The notes: a model not told the origin generated them from the letters alone. Counted from the first letter of the stretch, positions 32,815 to 42,539 are shown. The stretch is DNA of 64,000 bases from an uncultured Lactobacillus sp. (GCA_937874695.1 CALNAJ010000041.1:1458-65457), one strand, 5' to 3'. Numbers and translations are program-made.

Positions 32815-35800
32815 CTAACTCTCGTCAATTTGATAAGTAATCTTACTTTCACCATTACCGTTGCTGACGACCTGCAACTGATTGGGAACTTGCGCACGTA
32901 GCTCGCTAACGTGACTAATGATTCCAATCATGCGATGCTTGCCTTCAACCGTTTCAAGTGATTCCAGTGCAGTCATTAAGGCATCCTCATCGAGAGAGCC
33001 AAATCCTTCATCGATAAATAAGGCATCAACATCTACACTGCCCGTGGTTTGCTGAATAACTTCACCCAAAGCCAGTGCCAACGCTAAGGCCGCAATAAAG
33101 CTTTCCCCGCCAGACAACGTATGCACGCTACGTTGCTCACCGACGTGATCGTCATAAACATTGATTTCCAACCCAGAATTTTTCTTGTACGTTGCTGGTT
33201 GATTGTCCACCAAAAATTGATATCGACCATTAGTCAGTTGCTGCAAGCGCTGGTTACCCACCGTTAAAATTTGTCGTAAGTAAGTCTGCAAGACGTAACG
33301 TTCCAATCCCAATTTACTATTTGGGCCATCCCCATTGACAACCCCTACCAGTTCAGTAAGTTCCTGCGTCTTTTGAACGGCAGCCGCCTGCTGGTCAATC
33401 TGCGTTTGCAACCGCGTGGTCACCTGTTGGTTGTGTTGATACTGATCCTGTTGGCCATGTCGTTGGTCCTGCAAAATAACAACTTTTTCCGTCGCTGCTT
33501 TCAATGCAACTTGCGTTTGATTGCGGTCTGGTTCTGGCTGATCTAGCACCCGCTTCTTCAGTTCGGCAATCGTCGTTGCAACCTGTTCCTGTTGGGTGCG
33601 AAACTCTTGTAACGCTTGCCGTTTGGCAGCCAATTCGTCGAGTTGCGCTAGTTGCGTTGTCACGATAGTTTCTGTTTCTTCAGTAACTGTCTCGAAATGC
33701 TTAGCCAGTAACGTTTGTACCACGCTAACGGCTTGTTCCAGACGCTGTTCACTCTGTGTCAGTTCTTGGGTAGCCGTCTTTTCCTCAGTCGTGGCAACTG
33801 TCAGTCGCTCATTGGCCTGCGTCACTTGCTTAGCTGCCGCCTCCCAGGTCTGTTGGTCCGACTGCAATTGCTGTTGCAAGTTCTTTTCTTGTTGCTGGAA
33901 CTCGGCCAACGTTGGGGCCGTATCTGGCAGTTGTTGTTTCTGAGTCGCCAGTTGGGCCGTCAACCGATCCACATGACTGGTCTCGGTCTGTTGGGCACTC
34001 TGGTCAGCCGTTAGTTGTTGAGTCAGCTTGAACGCTATTTCAGTCAGCTGTTCAAGCTCATGTTGGGCGGCCGTTACTGCCGCCAATTGGCGGTCATTCT
34101 GCTTTTGATTAGCCTGTTGTGTGGTCGCCAACTGATTCAAGTGCTGACTAAGCTGGGCAAACTGAGTAGTATCCCCGCTAATCTCAGGCAGACCGACTTT
34201 TTCTAGAAGTGCAGTCATTCCTTGTTGCTGCGGTTCCTTTAATTCGGTTAATGTGGCTTGTAGGTTCTGAAGTTGCGTCGTCAGCTTCGTTAATTGCCCC
34301 TGTTCCTTCTGAGCTTGCGCCTGTGCGCCCTGCACTTCCGTCTCCGTAACCGTCGTATCAGCGATAGCAGTGGGGGCAGGATGATCAGTCGATCCACAAA
34401 CTGGACATGGACTGCCTGGCTTTAATTGGCCAACTAATCGGACGATTTCATGGGCCAAGAGTTCTTGATTCAACTCTTCAGCGTGTTGCTGTGCGACCTG
34501 TGTTGCTCGAGCTTGCGTGGTCACCTGTGACGCCAAAACGGCCACCTGCTGAGTTAGCTCCCGTTGTCGTTGGTCTCCCGCCTGCAAATCCGCTAATTGT
34601 CGACGCCATTCTTTTAGCTGTCCTGCCTGCTGGGTCAATGTTTGTTGCGTCTGATAGAGTTGACTCTGGGTTGCAATCACCGCTTGTTGGGCCTGCTGAT
34701 CTTGTTGATTCTGCTGCTGTTGTTTCTGCACTTTTATCACGCGCCGTTGAACGGTGTCCAAGGTTGCTTGTGCTGAGACCACCTGTTGGCTGAGCTCCGC
34801 AATTTGCTGATAGATTGGTTTGATTTTAGCTTGTTGGGCAAGTTGGTCTTTGGTGGTGTTAACGCGCGCTTCCACTGGTGCTAGCTGTTGTTGCGCCGTC
34901 GATGCCTTCTCTTGGGCTGTCTGGGCCATCTTCAGCACCGTCTGTTTCTGTTCAACCGCTAATTGCCGGCGCTGATGATTTGCCTGAGCCGATGTACGTT
35001 CCTGCCACTGTGGTCGAATCTGTTGGGTCCACTCCAGCTCCGTTATTAATTGATGCAGCGCGGCCATAGCCGGCTGTTGCGTCAACAATACTTGCTGTCG
35101 CGCCTGCTGTTGTGCGAGCTGTTGTTGGTCCCGAATAAGCTGCTCTTCACGCGTATCCTGCTGTGTCAGCTGCGTAACCCGTTGTTGCGCCGTCATTGTC
35201 TGGGACGTAAACTCTTGAATCGCCGTTTGCGTTGCGGTCTGTTGTGCTGCCATTAGGGCTAGGACTTCTGTAGTCTGATTGGCCTGCAAGAAAGAGGTTG
35301 CACGATCTTGATTAGCCGTCGTCCATGTCAGACTCGTCTCCAATCGCTGTAATTCTTTAGCAGCTTCCGCATTCTGGGTCCGATCTTGGCGTAATTTATC
35401 ACGTAGTTTATCCGTCCACTGGGCAAAGATTTCCGTATTGAATAACTGCTCCAATACTGCAGCCTTGTCTTCACTCGGAGCCACTAGAAAACGACGAAAT
35501 TCCCCCTGTGGTAACAAGACAATCTGGGCAAACTGCTTGCCGTCCATCTGTAAGAGGTCTTGCAAATAGTCGTTGACCTGCCGGGTTTTCGTTAACTGAT
35601 CTATTTCAGATTCGTTCTCAAACACTGTGAGTTCAACACTGGCAGCAGCTCTGGTCACACCAGCCCCCCGCTTTTTCTGCAAGGTTTGGGCGGGTTCTCG
35701 AATAATACGATAGCGGCGATTGCGATGGTTAAATTCAAAGGTCACGCGCGTATGATCCGCGGTCGTCGCAAAGTCTGAACGCATCTCTTGGGGTTCCCGA

Positions 35801-35976
35801 TCTACGCCAGATGACTGATCAAATAAGGCATAGCACATCCCATCAAAGATGGTGGTCTTGCCACTCCCAGTCTTACCACTAATCAGAAATAACGGTGTCG
35901 CGTCAAACTTTTGAAAATCAATTTTTTCATCACGGTACGGACCGAAATATTGAAGGCGTAAAGTTAGTGGTCGCAT
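32815..35976 (-). CDS. sbcC: SbcC exonuclease subunit (SMC/Rad50-like ATPase)
   Basis: Walker A GKTGSGKTT, zinc hook CPVCG, signature LSGGESF, Walker B LFIDEGFGSLD, Gln-rich coiled coil. ATG 35976 overlaps the sbcD stop (TAATG). Confidence 0.95.
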   Translation of the reverse strand: MRPLTLRLQYFGPYRDEKIDFQKFDATPLFLISGKTGSGKTTIFDGMCYALFDQSSGVDREPQEMRSDFATTADHTRVTFEFNHRNRRYRIIREPAQTLQKKRGAGVTRAAASVELTVFENESEIDQLTKTRQVNDYLQDLLQMDGKQFAQIVLLPQGEFRRFLVAPSEDKAAVLEQLFNTEIFAQWTDKLRDKLRQDRTQNAEAAKELQRLETSLTWTTANQDRATSFLQANQTTEVLALMAAQQTATQTAIQEFTSQTMTAQQRVTQLTQQDTREEQLIRDQQQLAQQQARQQVLLTQQPAMAALHQLITELEWTQQIRPQWQERTSAQANHQRRQLAVEQKQTVLKMAQTAQEKASTAQQQLAPVEARVNTTKDQLAQQAKIKPIYQQIAELSQQVVSAQATLDTVQRRVIKVQKQQQQNQQDQQAQQAVIATQSQLYQTQQTLTQQAGQLKEWRRQLADLQAGDQRQRELTQQVAVLASQVTTQARATQVAQQHAEELNQELLAHEIVRLVGQLKPGSPCPVCGSTDHPAPTAIADTTVTETEVQGAQAQAQKEQGQLTKLTTQLQNLQATLTELKEPQQQGMTALLEKVGLPEISGDTTQFAQLSQHLNQLATTQQANQKQNDRQLAAVTAAQHELEQLTEIAFKLTQQLTADQSAQQTETSHVDRLTAQLATQKQQLPDTAPTLAEFQQQEKNLQQQLQSDQQTWEAAAKQVTQANERLTVATTEEKTATQELTQSEQRLEQAVSVVQTLLAKHFETVTEETETIVTTQLAQLDELAAKRQALQEFRTQQEQVATTIAELKKRVLDQPEPDRNQTQVALKAATEKVVILQDQRHGQQDQYQHNQQVTTRLQTQIDQQAAAVQKTQELTELVGVVNGDGPNSKLGLERYVLQTYLRQILTVGNQRLQQLTNGRYQFLVDNQPATYKKNSGLEINVYDDHVGEQRSVHTLSGGESFIAALALALALGEVIQQTTGSVDVDALFIDEGFGSLDEDALMTALESLETVEGKHRMIGIISHVSELRAQVPNQLQVVSNGNGESKITYQIDES

Positions 35977-37106
35977 TAGTCTTCCTCCTTCATGGCTTGC
36001 TGTAACGTTTGCTTTGCCCAATCCTCTTGTTGTGCACTCAAAGGATGTTCCGTCACCGTCTTAAAAAAGTCGTCTAGCAAGGTTAGAGGATCTCGTTGAA
36101 CTTCTTCAATGTTAAGCGTCTCAGGAGTTACATCTAACTGGTTGACCCGCTGCAATTCAATAATTCTTGGAAAACGCGTCTTCAGCCGCTGCATCACATT
36201 CGCAATTGGCGTGGTGTCAGTTAACTCTATGGCAATAAAATCATCTGTCTTCACGGGATAACTGACCTCAGGGTCCATCAAGTGATCAAAAGAATCAGTC
36301 AATACAATTAGGTCATTTAAGGGCTTTAAGGGCTTAAACGTCACGGACACCGGCGTCTGATCCGTATCAACGATCCAGACGCCCTTGGTATCCTCAGCTT
36401 CACTGGTTGAAAACTTCAACGGCGATCCACTATATTTGATAACCGGTTCGTTTTGCAAAGCTTCCTTGCGATGCAAATGTCCTAGTGCCACATAGTCAAA
36501 TGGTGCCAGTAAGTCAACAGGAACCGCGTTCAAGCCTCCCACTTGAACCAGTGTTTCGGAATCACTGTGTTGGCTACCCGCCGCAAAAAAGTGAGCAATC
36601 AGTACATGTTTCTTATCTGGTGCAAACTGTTCCTGCATAGCGGTGACCAGACGTTCCATCCCCGCAGCTACGGTTTTAATGCTGTCATCTTCAAAATATT
36701 GTCGAACAGCGAACGGCTCAAAATAGGGCAGTAGAAAGAACTGCGTATCCCCAAGAATAACTGGTTTTATACTATCGGCAATCCGTGTGTTTAGGTAAAA
36801 GTCGGTACTACTAAACCACTCGCTCCCCCGGCTCAGACGAACTGCAGAATCATGATTACCGCTAATCGCCAACAGCGGTAAATGTTGTTTTCGATTCAGA
36901 TCAACCAGCATGGCGTCCAGCGTACTCACCGCATCTTCACTCGGGAGCGCACGATCATAGAGGTCCCCGGCAATCACCACAGCATCCACTTTTTCATCAA
37001 TTGCAATGGCTTTGATCTGCTCGTAAGCGTCTCGTTGCTCCGTTAGTAAGTCATATCCGTGAAGTTTCTTACCGATATGCCAATCGGCGGTATGTAAAAA
37101 TCGCAT
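35976..37106 (-). CDS. sbcD: SbcD nuclease subunit (Mre11-like phosphoesterase)
   Basis: MRFLHTADWHIGK, AGDLYD, GNHDS, GHLH motifs. ATG 37106 after AAAGGAGAT. Confidence 0.95.
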   Translation of the reverse strand: MRFLHTADWHIGKKLHGYDLLTEQRDAYEQIKAIAIDEKVDAVVIAGDLYDRALPSEDAVSTLDAMLVDLNRKQHLPLLAISGNHDSAVRLSRGSEWFSSTDFYLNTRIADSIKPVILGDTQFFLLPYFEPFAVRQYFEDDSIKTVAAGMERLVTAMQEQFAPDKKHVLIAHFFAAGSQHSDSETLVQVGGLNAVPVDLLAPFDYVALGHLHRKEALQNEPVIKYSGSPLKFSTSEAEDTKGVWIVDTDQTPVSVTFKPLKPLNDLIVLTDSFDHLMDPEVSYPVKTDDFIAIELTDTTPIANVMQRLKTRFPRIIELQRVNQLDVTPETLNIEEVQRDPLTLLDDFFKTVTEHPLSAQQEDWAKQTLQQAMKEED

Positions 37107-37111
37107 ACATT

Positions 37112-37687
37112 TTATCTCCTTTCCCGTTGATTCTCTGGTGCCCAATCACAAGACAAGAGGTGGTCATTGACCAATCCTGCAGCTTGCAGAAATGAGTAGA
37201 CCGTTTTAGGCCCAACAAATTTGAATCCGTGCTTCTTCATTTCTCGGGAAATATGCTGTGCAAGATCATTTGTCCCAGGAATCTGGTCCGCACTTGTCAA
37301 CTGATGACGAATCGGCTGATTACCCACAAACGCCCACAGCCAAGTCGAAAAATCCGTAGCCTCTGACCAGTTGACCAAAACTTGCGCGTTATTGACCGTT
37401 GCCTCTAACTTGCGGCGATTACGAATGATCGCCGCATTAGTCATTAACTGATCAACTTCCTCTGGCTTCATGACGGCGACGGTCGCCACATCAAAGTTAT
37501 GAAAAGCCGTTTCAAAGGCTACCTGCTTATTTAACACGGTCTGCCAGCTCAGCCCGGCTTGGTACGTTTCCAAACACAGTAACTCAAATAGCTTTTGTTC
37601 ACTATGCTCTGGCCGCCCCCATACTTCATCGTGATACCGTTGCATTTCGGGTGAAGACGTCGCCCACTCGCATCGTTTGACCATCAT
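37112..37687 (-). CDS. tag: DNA-3-methyladenine glycosylase I (canonical, zinc-snap residues present)
   Basis: RCEW...YHDEVWG...GLSWQTVL...NDHLLSC matches E. coli Tag, including Cys/His/His/Cys. Stop 5 nt before the sbcD start. Confidence 0.9.
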   Translation of the reverse strand: MMVKRCEWATSSPEMQRYHDEVWGRPEHSEQKLFELLCLETYQAGLSWQTVLNKQVAFETAFHNFDVATVAVMKPEEVDQLMTNAAIIRNRRKLEATVNNAQVLVNWSEATDFSTWLWAFVGNQPIRHQLTSADQIPGTNDLAQHISREMKKHGFKFVGPKTVYSFLQAAGLVNDHLLSCDWAPENQRERR

Positions 37688-37800
37688 GAAACCTCCTTTT
37701 TTCTACTGACTTCACTATACCAGATTACCATCCGAAACACCCGAACAAATGTTCACTTTTATATTTTTGAAATCGGTATCATTGCCGTCATTACTGATAA

Positions 37801-37830
37801 ATCCACAAAATTATTTGTGGATCTTTTTTA
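37801..37830 (+). terminator. orphan terminator-like hairpin in divergent intergenic region
   Basis: ATCCACAAA-ATTAT-TTTGTGGAT followed by CTTTTTT. No plus-strand gene upstream for about 7 kb. Confidence 0.45.
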
Positions 37831-37902
37831 CTTGACCCCCTCCGTAGAAAAGTCTATGCTATTGTAAATGTTACGTTTTGGGGAATTGAGGAGGTTAGCA
37901 TC

Positions 37903-38829
37903 ATGCACAGATCACACCATTTAAAAGTTCGGTCCTTACTGATTGCGGCAGCATCGGCCCTATTATTTGCACCAGCCATTGCCACCAGCTCCGTTACCGC
38001 TCAAGCGGCCAGCGTGAACCCGTCATCGGCGACTCTAAAGAAGTCGGCAAGCTATTATCGAAAGCATGCCAAGACCTTAGGGAAAAAGTACAAACTAGCT
38101 TTTGACGCCCAAACTGGACTCAAAAAGAATGGTAAAGCGACCGTCTATATCAACACCAAGGATTCCAAGCTCAAGAGTAGTGTCAAGATTGCCATGAATT
38201 ACTGGAATAAAAAGCTGGGCAAGAAAGAATTCGTTCAGGGTTCCAAGAAAAATCATACTTTGACGTTCTCCGTTTCCAAAGCACAGGCCACGAAAAATGA
38301 TCAGAGTGACGCGTGGTGGACACCTGGCAAGAAGAGTTTGCAGGTACGTTGGTCATACTACCAAGGCGAAACTAAGAACATCGGTATTGCCATGACGAAC
38401 CAACTGAATGACGCCTTTTATAAGAAATACGCCAAGACTATCGAGGCTAAGGCCAAAGCAAATCTGGCTGCCAGGGGCATCACATCCGCTGATAGTAACT
38501 ATCAAACTGAGTTCAACACTGAAGCCGAGTCAGTCGAGAAATCTCTGCCAGCCTATTCAACACTGAAAAATGAAGTTAAGGGTGTCAACACTGTCGCCAA
38601 GAATGGCCGAATGTATGAATACGCTAGCACGATTGCCCACGAGTTAGGGCACGTAATGGGCCTGAACCATTCCCCTAACAAATCTGACCTCATGTACTTT
38701 GAGAGCGGCAGCAACAACGTTTACAGCTATAAGAAGGTCAACCAGGGCTTGTCCAAGTACAATCCGATCACTAAGACCGATAAGAATCGGGCCAAGCTTG
38801 CCTTGAAAATCTACACAGCTACCCACTAA
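37903..38829 (+). CDS. secreted metzincin-type zinc metalloprotease (matrixin-like)
   Basis: Signal peptide. HELGHVMGLNH (HExxHxxGxxH) and downstream Met-turn SDLMY. Confidence 0.8.
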   Translation: MHRSHHLKVRSLLIAAASALLFAPAIATSSVTAQAASVNPSSATLKKSASYYRKHAKTLGKKYKLAFDAQTGLKKNGKATVYINTKDSKLKSSVKIAMNYWNKKLGKKEFVQGSKKNHTLTFSVSKAQATKNDQSDAWWTPGKKSLQVRWSYYQGETKNIGIAMTNQLNDAFYKKYAKTIEAKAKANLAARGITSADSNYQTEFNTEAESVEKSLPAYSTLKNEVKGVNTVAKNGRMYEYASTIAHELGHVMGLNHSPNKSDLMYFESGSNNVYSYKKVNQGLSKYNPITKTDKNRAKLALKIYTATH

Positions 38830-39006
38830 ATTTTCACGAACCTAGCCACTCGGGTCTCTCGAATGGCTTTTTTGCTGTCAAATTCTTTCTAGCCAGACGA
38901 TTGCTTTACCCTTGCAATCTAACTGTAATCAATTGTAAATCTGTAGTAACCTGTTAGCCGGTCACACCGTGTACAATGAGAATCAAAGACTGAGGAGGAT
39001 GTATTC

Positions 39007-39951
39007 ATGCAAATTAAGTTACATAATTTAGTTGCAGGTGTTGCGGCTTTTGCCGCCGTATTAGCCGTCGGGGTTGGGTTAAACACGACTACTGCTAACG
39101 CCGCTGGTAAGAAAGTTGCCGATATTTCGCAATATCAAGGAAACGTTAACTGGAAGAAAGCATCTAAGGACTTAAAATACGCGATTATTCGTGTACAACA
39201 CGGGAGCAAGGGCGACGCTGGTTACATGATTGACAGCAAGCGGAACGTCAACGCTAACGGGGCTTACAAGTACGGTGTGCCATTCGGCCAATACATGTTT
39301 GCTGAATTCACGAGTGTTAAAGATGCGCAACAAGAAGCCAAAGACTTCTACAAGCGCAGTAACAAGCACACCAAATTCTTTGTCCTTGACGAAGAAAAGC
39401 GGATGCCTTCTGCATCTAGCAGTGAACAAACTTACGTTAACGCCTGGTTGAAGACGATGCGTGGCTTGACTGACAAGCCTCTGATTATGTACGCCGGTGA
39501 ATACTACGCCAACTCTCATAAGCTGAACTTCGACAAATTCGATGGAACTTGGATTGCCAAATACAGTACCGCTAAGCCTAAGGTTTCCGGTACTTCTGTC
39601 GATCTGTGGCAATACACCAGTACAGGCCGGGTTTCCGGAATCAGTGGCAACGTTGACTTGAACAAGGTCTTAAACAGCTCTGCCGTCAACAAGTGGTTCT
39701 CTGGTAGCGATAATAAAGCCACTGCTAGTTACTACAAGAGCGTCGACGATGTTACCGGTATTAAGACGAAGAAGACTGTTTACGAATACAAGTCTACGTC
39801 ATTTACCAGCAACAAGCGGAGCACCAAGGTCAAAGCTGGCACTAAGTTAGCCGTTAAGGCCATTACCAAGAACAGTAAAAACGCCTACCGTTTCCAATTA
39901 ACGAACGGTAATTACGTCACGGCCAACAAGGCGTACGTTGCAACTTACTAA
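39007..39951 (+). CDS. secreted GH25 muramidase (lysozyme) with C-terminal wall-binding-type domain
   Basis: Signal peptide. GH25 N-terminal pattern VADISQYQGNVNWKKASKDLKYAIIRVQHG, and DLWQYTSTGRVSGISGNVDLN. Confidence 0.85.
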   Translation: MQIKLHNLVAGVAAFAAVLAVGVGLNTTTANAAGKKVADISQYQGNVNWKKASKDLKYAIIRVQHGSKGDAGYMIDSKRNVNANGAYKYGVPFGQYMFAEFTSVKDAQQEAKDFYKRSNKHTKFFVLDEEKRMPSASSSEQTYVNAWLKTMRGLTDKPLIMYAGEYYANSHKLNFDKFDGTWIAKYSTAKPKVSGTSVDLWQYTSTGRVSGISGNVDLNKVLNSSAVNKWFSGSDNKATASYYKSVDDVTGIKTKKTVYEYKSTSFTSNKRSTKVKAGTKLAVKAITKNSKNAYRFQLTNGNYVTANKAYVATY

Positions 39952-39963
39952 AATAAAGAGTTA

Positions 39964-39992
39964 AAAAGACATCCCGCGGGATGTCTTTTTTC
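39964..39992 (+). terminator. terminator after GH25 gene
   Basis: AAAAGACATCCC-GC-GGGATGTCTTTTTT. Confidence 0.85.
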
Positions 39993-40071
39993 ATCTACAA
40001 TTCCTGTTGGCCTACAACCATCAAGGCTCTTCACCAAAGAAAAGCTCCCAGCAATACTGAGAGCTTTTTCT

Positions 40072-41202
40072 TTACGACAACCCGGTAACCACCTGTAACG
40101 TGGCGGAGTAATAGTTGTGTTTTTCAATTGATTTCGGCATCTGTTTAGCCGTCTTATTCTTTAGCGACGACTTTTTCATGGTCTTGGCTGCAAAGTAGAC
40201 CGGCGCCGTGAAGGCCGTGTTCACGTAACTATTGACGGCTTTGCCGCCCAACGTGTAAACGGCAGTGATCTTCTTTTTCCTATTGAAGAAGGTCAGTTGC
40301 TTCGTCAAAGCCTTTTTAGTCACACTATCCTTGCTGATCTTATACGTCTGTGCTAACCGCCAAGGCACCCGGTTGGCATTGTAACCGACTTGATTATCGG
40401 TCCCAGACTCGATGCTGTATGGCTTAACGGCCTTGAGTTTGATACTCTTGCCAGTTGCTAAGATGAAGTCCGGGAACAGTCCCGTCTTCTGCCGTGCACT
40501 AAGTTTCTTAACGGCAATTTGACTGCGCTTAGCGACGGTCGTCCAGGTACTATCCTTGGTATATTTAGCAAACGTCTTGAAGTAGCCAGTTATCAGGTCT
40601 GAGGGCCGCAGCTTGCTGACATCGTAACTATTCGTGGCCCAATTTCCCATCGTTGGCAAATAGGTCGTCTTGTTGATTTCCTTTTGCTTAATGGCCTTGA
40701 TGAGTTTCTTAGCCGCAGCTCGGTAATTGGTTTGCTTACTGCCCCACTTCTTATCCGCCAAAATTAATGCGTAAGCAATATCTAAATCACCGTCAGTCGC
40801 AGAGTTCTTCTGTGACCCGATACTCGTCATCTTGCCGGAACGCTTGGTTTGTTGCCACTGCATCAGCGGCACCTTACTGGAGACCCGGTGAGCCCGGTAA
40901 TACTTGTACATCTGATTGAAGGTTGCGTGAGTATTGGCTCCCTTCTTGGCCGCCAATACAGCTGCCAACATCCCGTAACCCTGTCCCTCAGACAGCGCCG
41001 TCGTGGTCCCCTGACCATTGTTGGATTTCACATATTTCTGAGTCTTACCACCCACATAGATCTTTTGCCACTGTTTGTACTGGGTAACTGCTTGGCTAGT
41101 CTTGGCCTGGGCTGGCGTTGGTTGCACGCTGGTTAATCCCCAGACGAGGCCACCGACAAACACGATACCCAATAAATTAGCTAAAATTTTCCGTTTTCGC
41201 AT
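40072..41202 (-). CDS. secreted glycoside hydrolase family 8 (endo-beta-1,4-glucanase/chitosanase type)
   Basis: Signal peptide. GH8 signature region ALSEGQGYGMLAAV and ATDGDLDIAYALILADKKW. Confidence 0.8.
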   Translation of the reverse strand: MRKRKILANLLGIVFVGGLVWGLTSVQPTPAQAKTSQAVTQYKQWQKIYVGGKTQKYVKSNNGQGTTTALSEGQGYGMLAAVLAAKKGANTHATFNQMYKYYRAHRVSSKVPLMQWQQTKRSGKMTSIGSQKNSATDGDLDIAYALILADKKWGSKQTNYRAAAKKLIKAIKQKEINKTTYLPTMGNWATNSYDVSKLRPSDLITGYFKTFAKYTKDSTWTTVAKRSQIAVKKLSARQKTGLFPDFILATGKSIKLKAVKPYSIESGTDNQVGYNANRVPWRLAQTYKISKDSVTKKALTKQLTFFNRKKKITAVYTLGGKAVNSYVNTAFTAPVYFAAKTMKKSSLKNKTAKQMPKSIEKHNYYSATLQVVTGLS

Positions 41203-41350
41203 ATTGTCTGACTCCTCAATTTCAGAATAGGTTGCTAATTTTAATTATGCAATATTTACCCGGAATTGTCGCTGGAAATGGCCCATCCCCACACTTTTGA
41301 CCCGAAAAAAAAAGCCCCACGATCATCGCTGGTCGTAAGACTCATCTTGA

Positions 41351-41671
41351 CTAGTCTTTAAAAATTTCCTTGGCAATGCCAAATGCAGACCATGCCTTAG
41401 GCCAGCCAACATAGAAAGCCAAGTGGGTAATCACTTCGGAGATTTCATCCTTAGTAATACCGTTGCCCTTACCGATCTTCATGTGGGCAGGCAACTGTTC
41501 AAAGTTACCCCCAGAGATCAATGCGGAAATCGTGATCAAGCTCCGTTGGTGCGCGGACAATTGTTCTTCGCGCGACCAAACTTGTCCAAATAAAACATCA
41601 TCATTCAGTTCGGCAAACTTAGGGGCAAATTCACCCAAGTTATCCCGACCAGCAGTCTGTTTCTTTGCCAT
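41351..41671 (-). CDS. carboxymuconolactone decarboxylase (AhpD-like) family protein
   Basis: 106-aa ORF. CMD-domain pattern EVITHLAFYVGWPKAWSAF. Confidence 0.75.
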   Translation of the reverse strand: MAKKQTAGRDNLGEFAPKFAELNDDVLFGQVWSREEQLSAHQRSLITISALISGGNFEQLPAHMKIGKGNGITKDEISEVITHLAFYVGWPKAWSAFGIAKEIFKD

Positions 41672-41685
41672 AATTTATTAGCCTC

Positions 41686-42096
41686 CTAGTCTAAAGCATC
41701 GTAATGGGCATCATCGACGGGTTCCAACCATTCTGGTGTCCCAGCCGTAATGGCGATGTGACTGAACCAGCTGTCCTTGGTTGCGCCGTGCCAGTGCTTG
41801 ACACCGTCTTTCGTCACAACTACGTCACCGGCATGTAACCGCCGAGCGGGTTGACCATCTTCTTGATACCAGCCTTCTCCACCGGTAACCAACAATATCT
41901 GGAACCCATTGTGATGAATGTGCCAGTTGTTCCGGCAGCCAGGTTCAAAGGTCACGTTACCGACACCGACATTAACATCCGGATCACTCACTAAGCCTTG
42001 TAAGTAGCTTTGACCAGTGAAAACGTCTTGGTACGCCACATTCTTATCGCCGGCGGGAAAAATAACCCCGTTCTTAATATCTTCGTTCTTTGCCAT
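41686..42096 (-). CDS. cupin domain protein
   Basis: 136-aa ORF. Cupin motifs NNWHIHHNGFQILLVTGGEG and GDVVVTKDGVKHWHG. Confidence 0.75.
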   Translation of the reverse strand: MAKNEDIKNGVIFPAGDKNVAYQDVFTGQSYLQGLVSDPDVNVGVGNVTFEPGCRNNWHIHHNGFQILLVTGGEGWYQEDGQPARRLHAGDVVVTKDGVKHWHGATKDSWFSHIAITAGTPEWLEPVDDAHYDALD

Positions 42097-42110
42097 CTTA
42101 AAGCGCTCCT

Positions 42111-42539
42111 TTACTTGTCATTAAATCGTTGTAAATAATCATGGAAACTCTCGGAATCGGCGATGGTGTGCTCGACTTTGCCGTCATACCAATCGATTTT
42201 TCGGCCCAACACCTGCAGATGCATCTGTAGCTCTGCAATATCCGCCTCGGCATCGTCCTTGGTCTTCTGCAGCATCGCTCGCCGTTCCGGGATGGTTGCG
42301 TCTCCTTCGGCTCGAAGCCTAACGTAGCGTTTCAAATCGTTGAGTCGCATCCCAGTTCCCTTCAGGTGAAGAATGAAACCAACCCACCGAATATCTTCAT
42401 CGGTGTAAAATCGTACGCCATTCTCATCGCGTTGGGACTTCACCAGCCCTTGATCTTCGTAATATCGTAATGTATACGTGGACAAACCAACTAGCTTGGC
42501 AAATTCACCAATCCGGTAATGTCGCTGTTCTTCAGCCAT
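42111..42539 (-). CDS. MerR-family transcriptional regulator
   Basis: HTH YRIGEFAKLVGLSTYTLRYYEDQGL. ATG 42539 after AAGGAGG. Confidence 0.9.
   Translation of the reverse strand: MAEEQRHYRIGEFAKLVGLSTYTLRYYEDQGLVKSQRDENGVRFYTDEDIRWVGFILHLKGTGMRLNDLKRYVRLRAEGDATIPERRAMLQKTKDDAEADIAELQMHLQVLGRKIDWYDGKVEHTIADSESFHDYLQRFNDK

Noticed and set aside
33596-35256. Several 60-130-aa plus-strand ORFs inside sbcC
   Set aside because: They are antisense to the Gln/Leu-rich coiled-coil region of sbcC. CAG/CTG-rich sequence is stop-poor on the opposite strand. They lack SDs and encode low-complexity Cys/Leu/Ser-rich translations.
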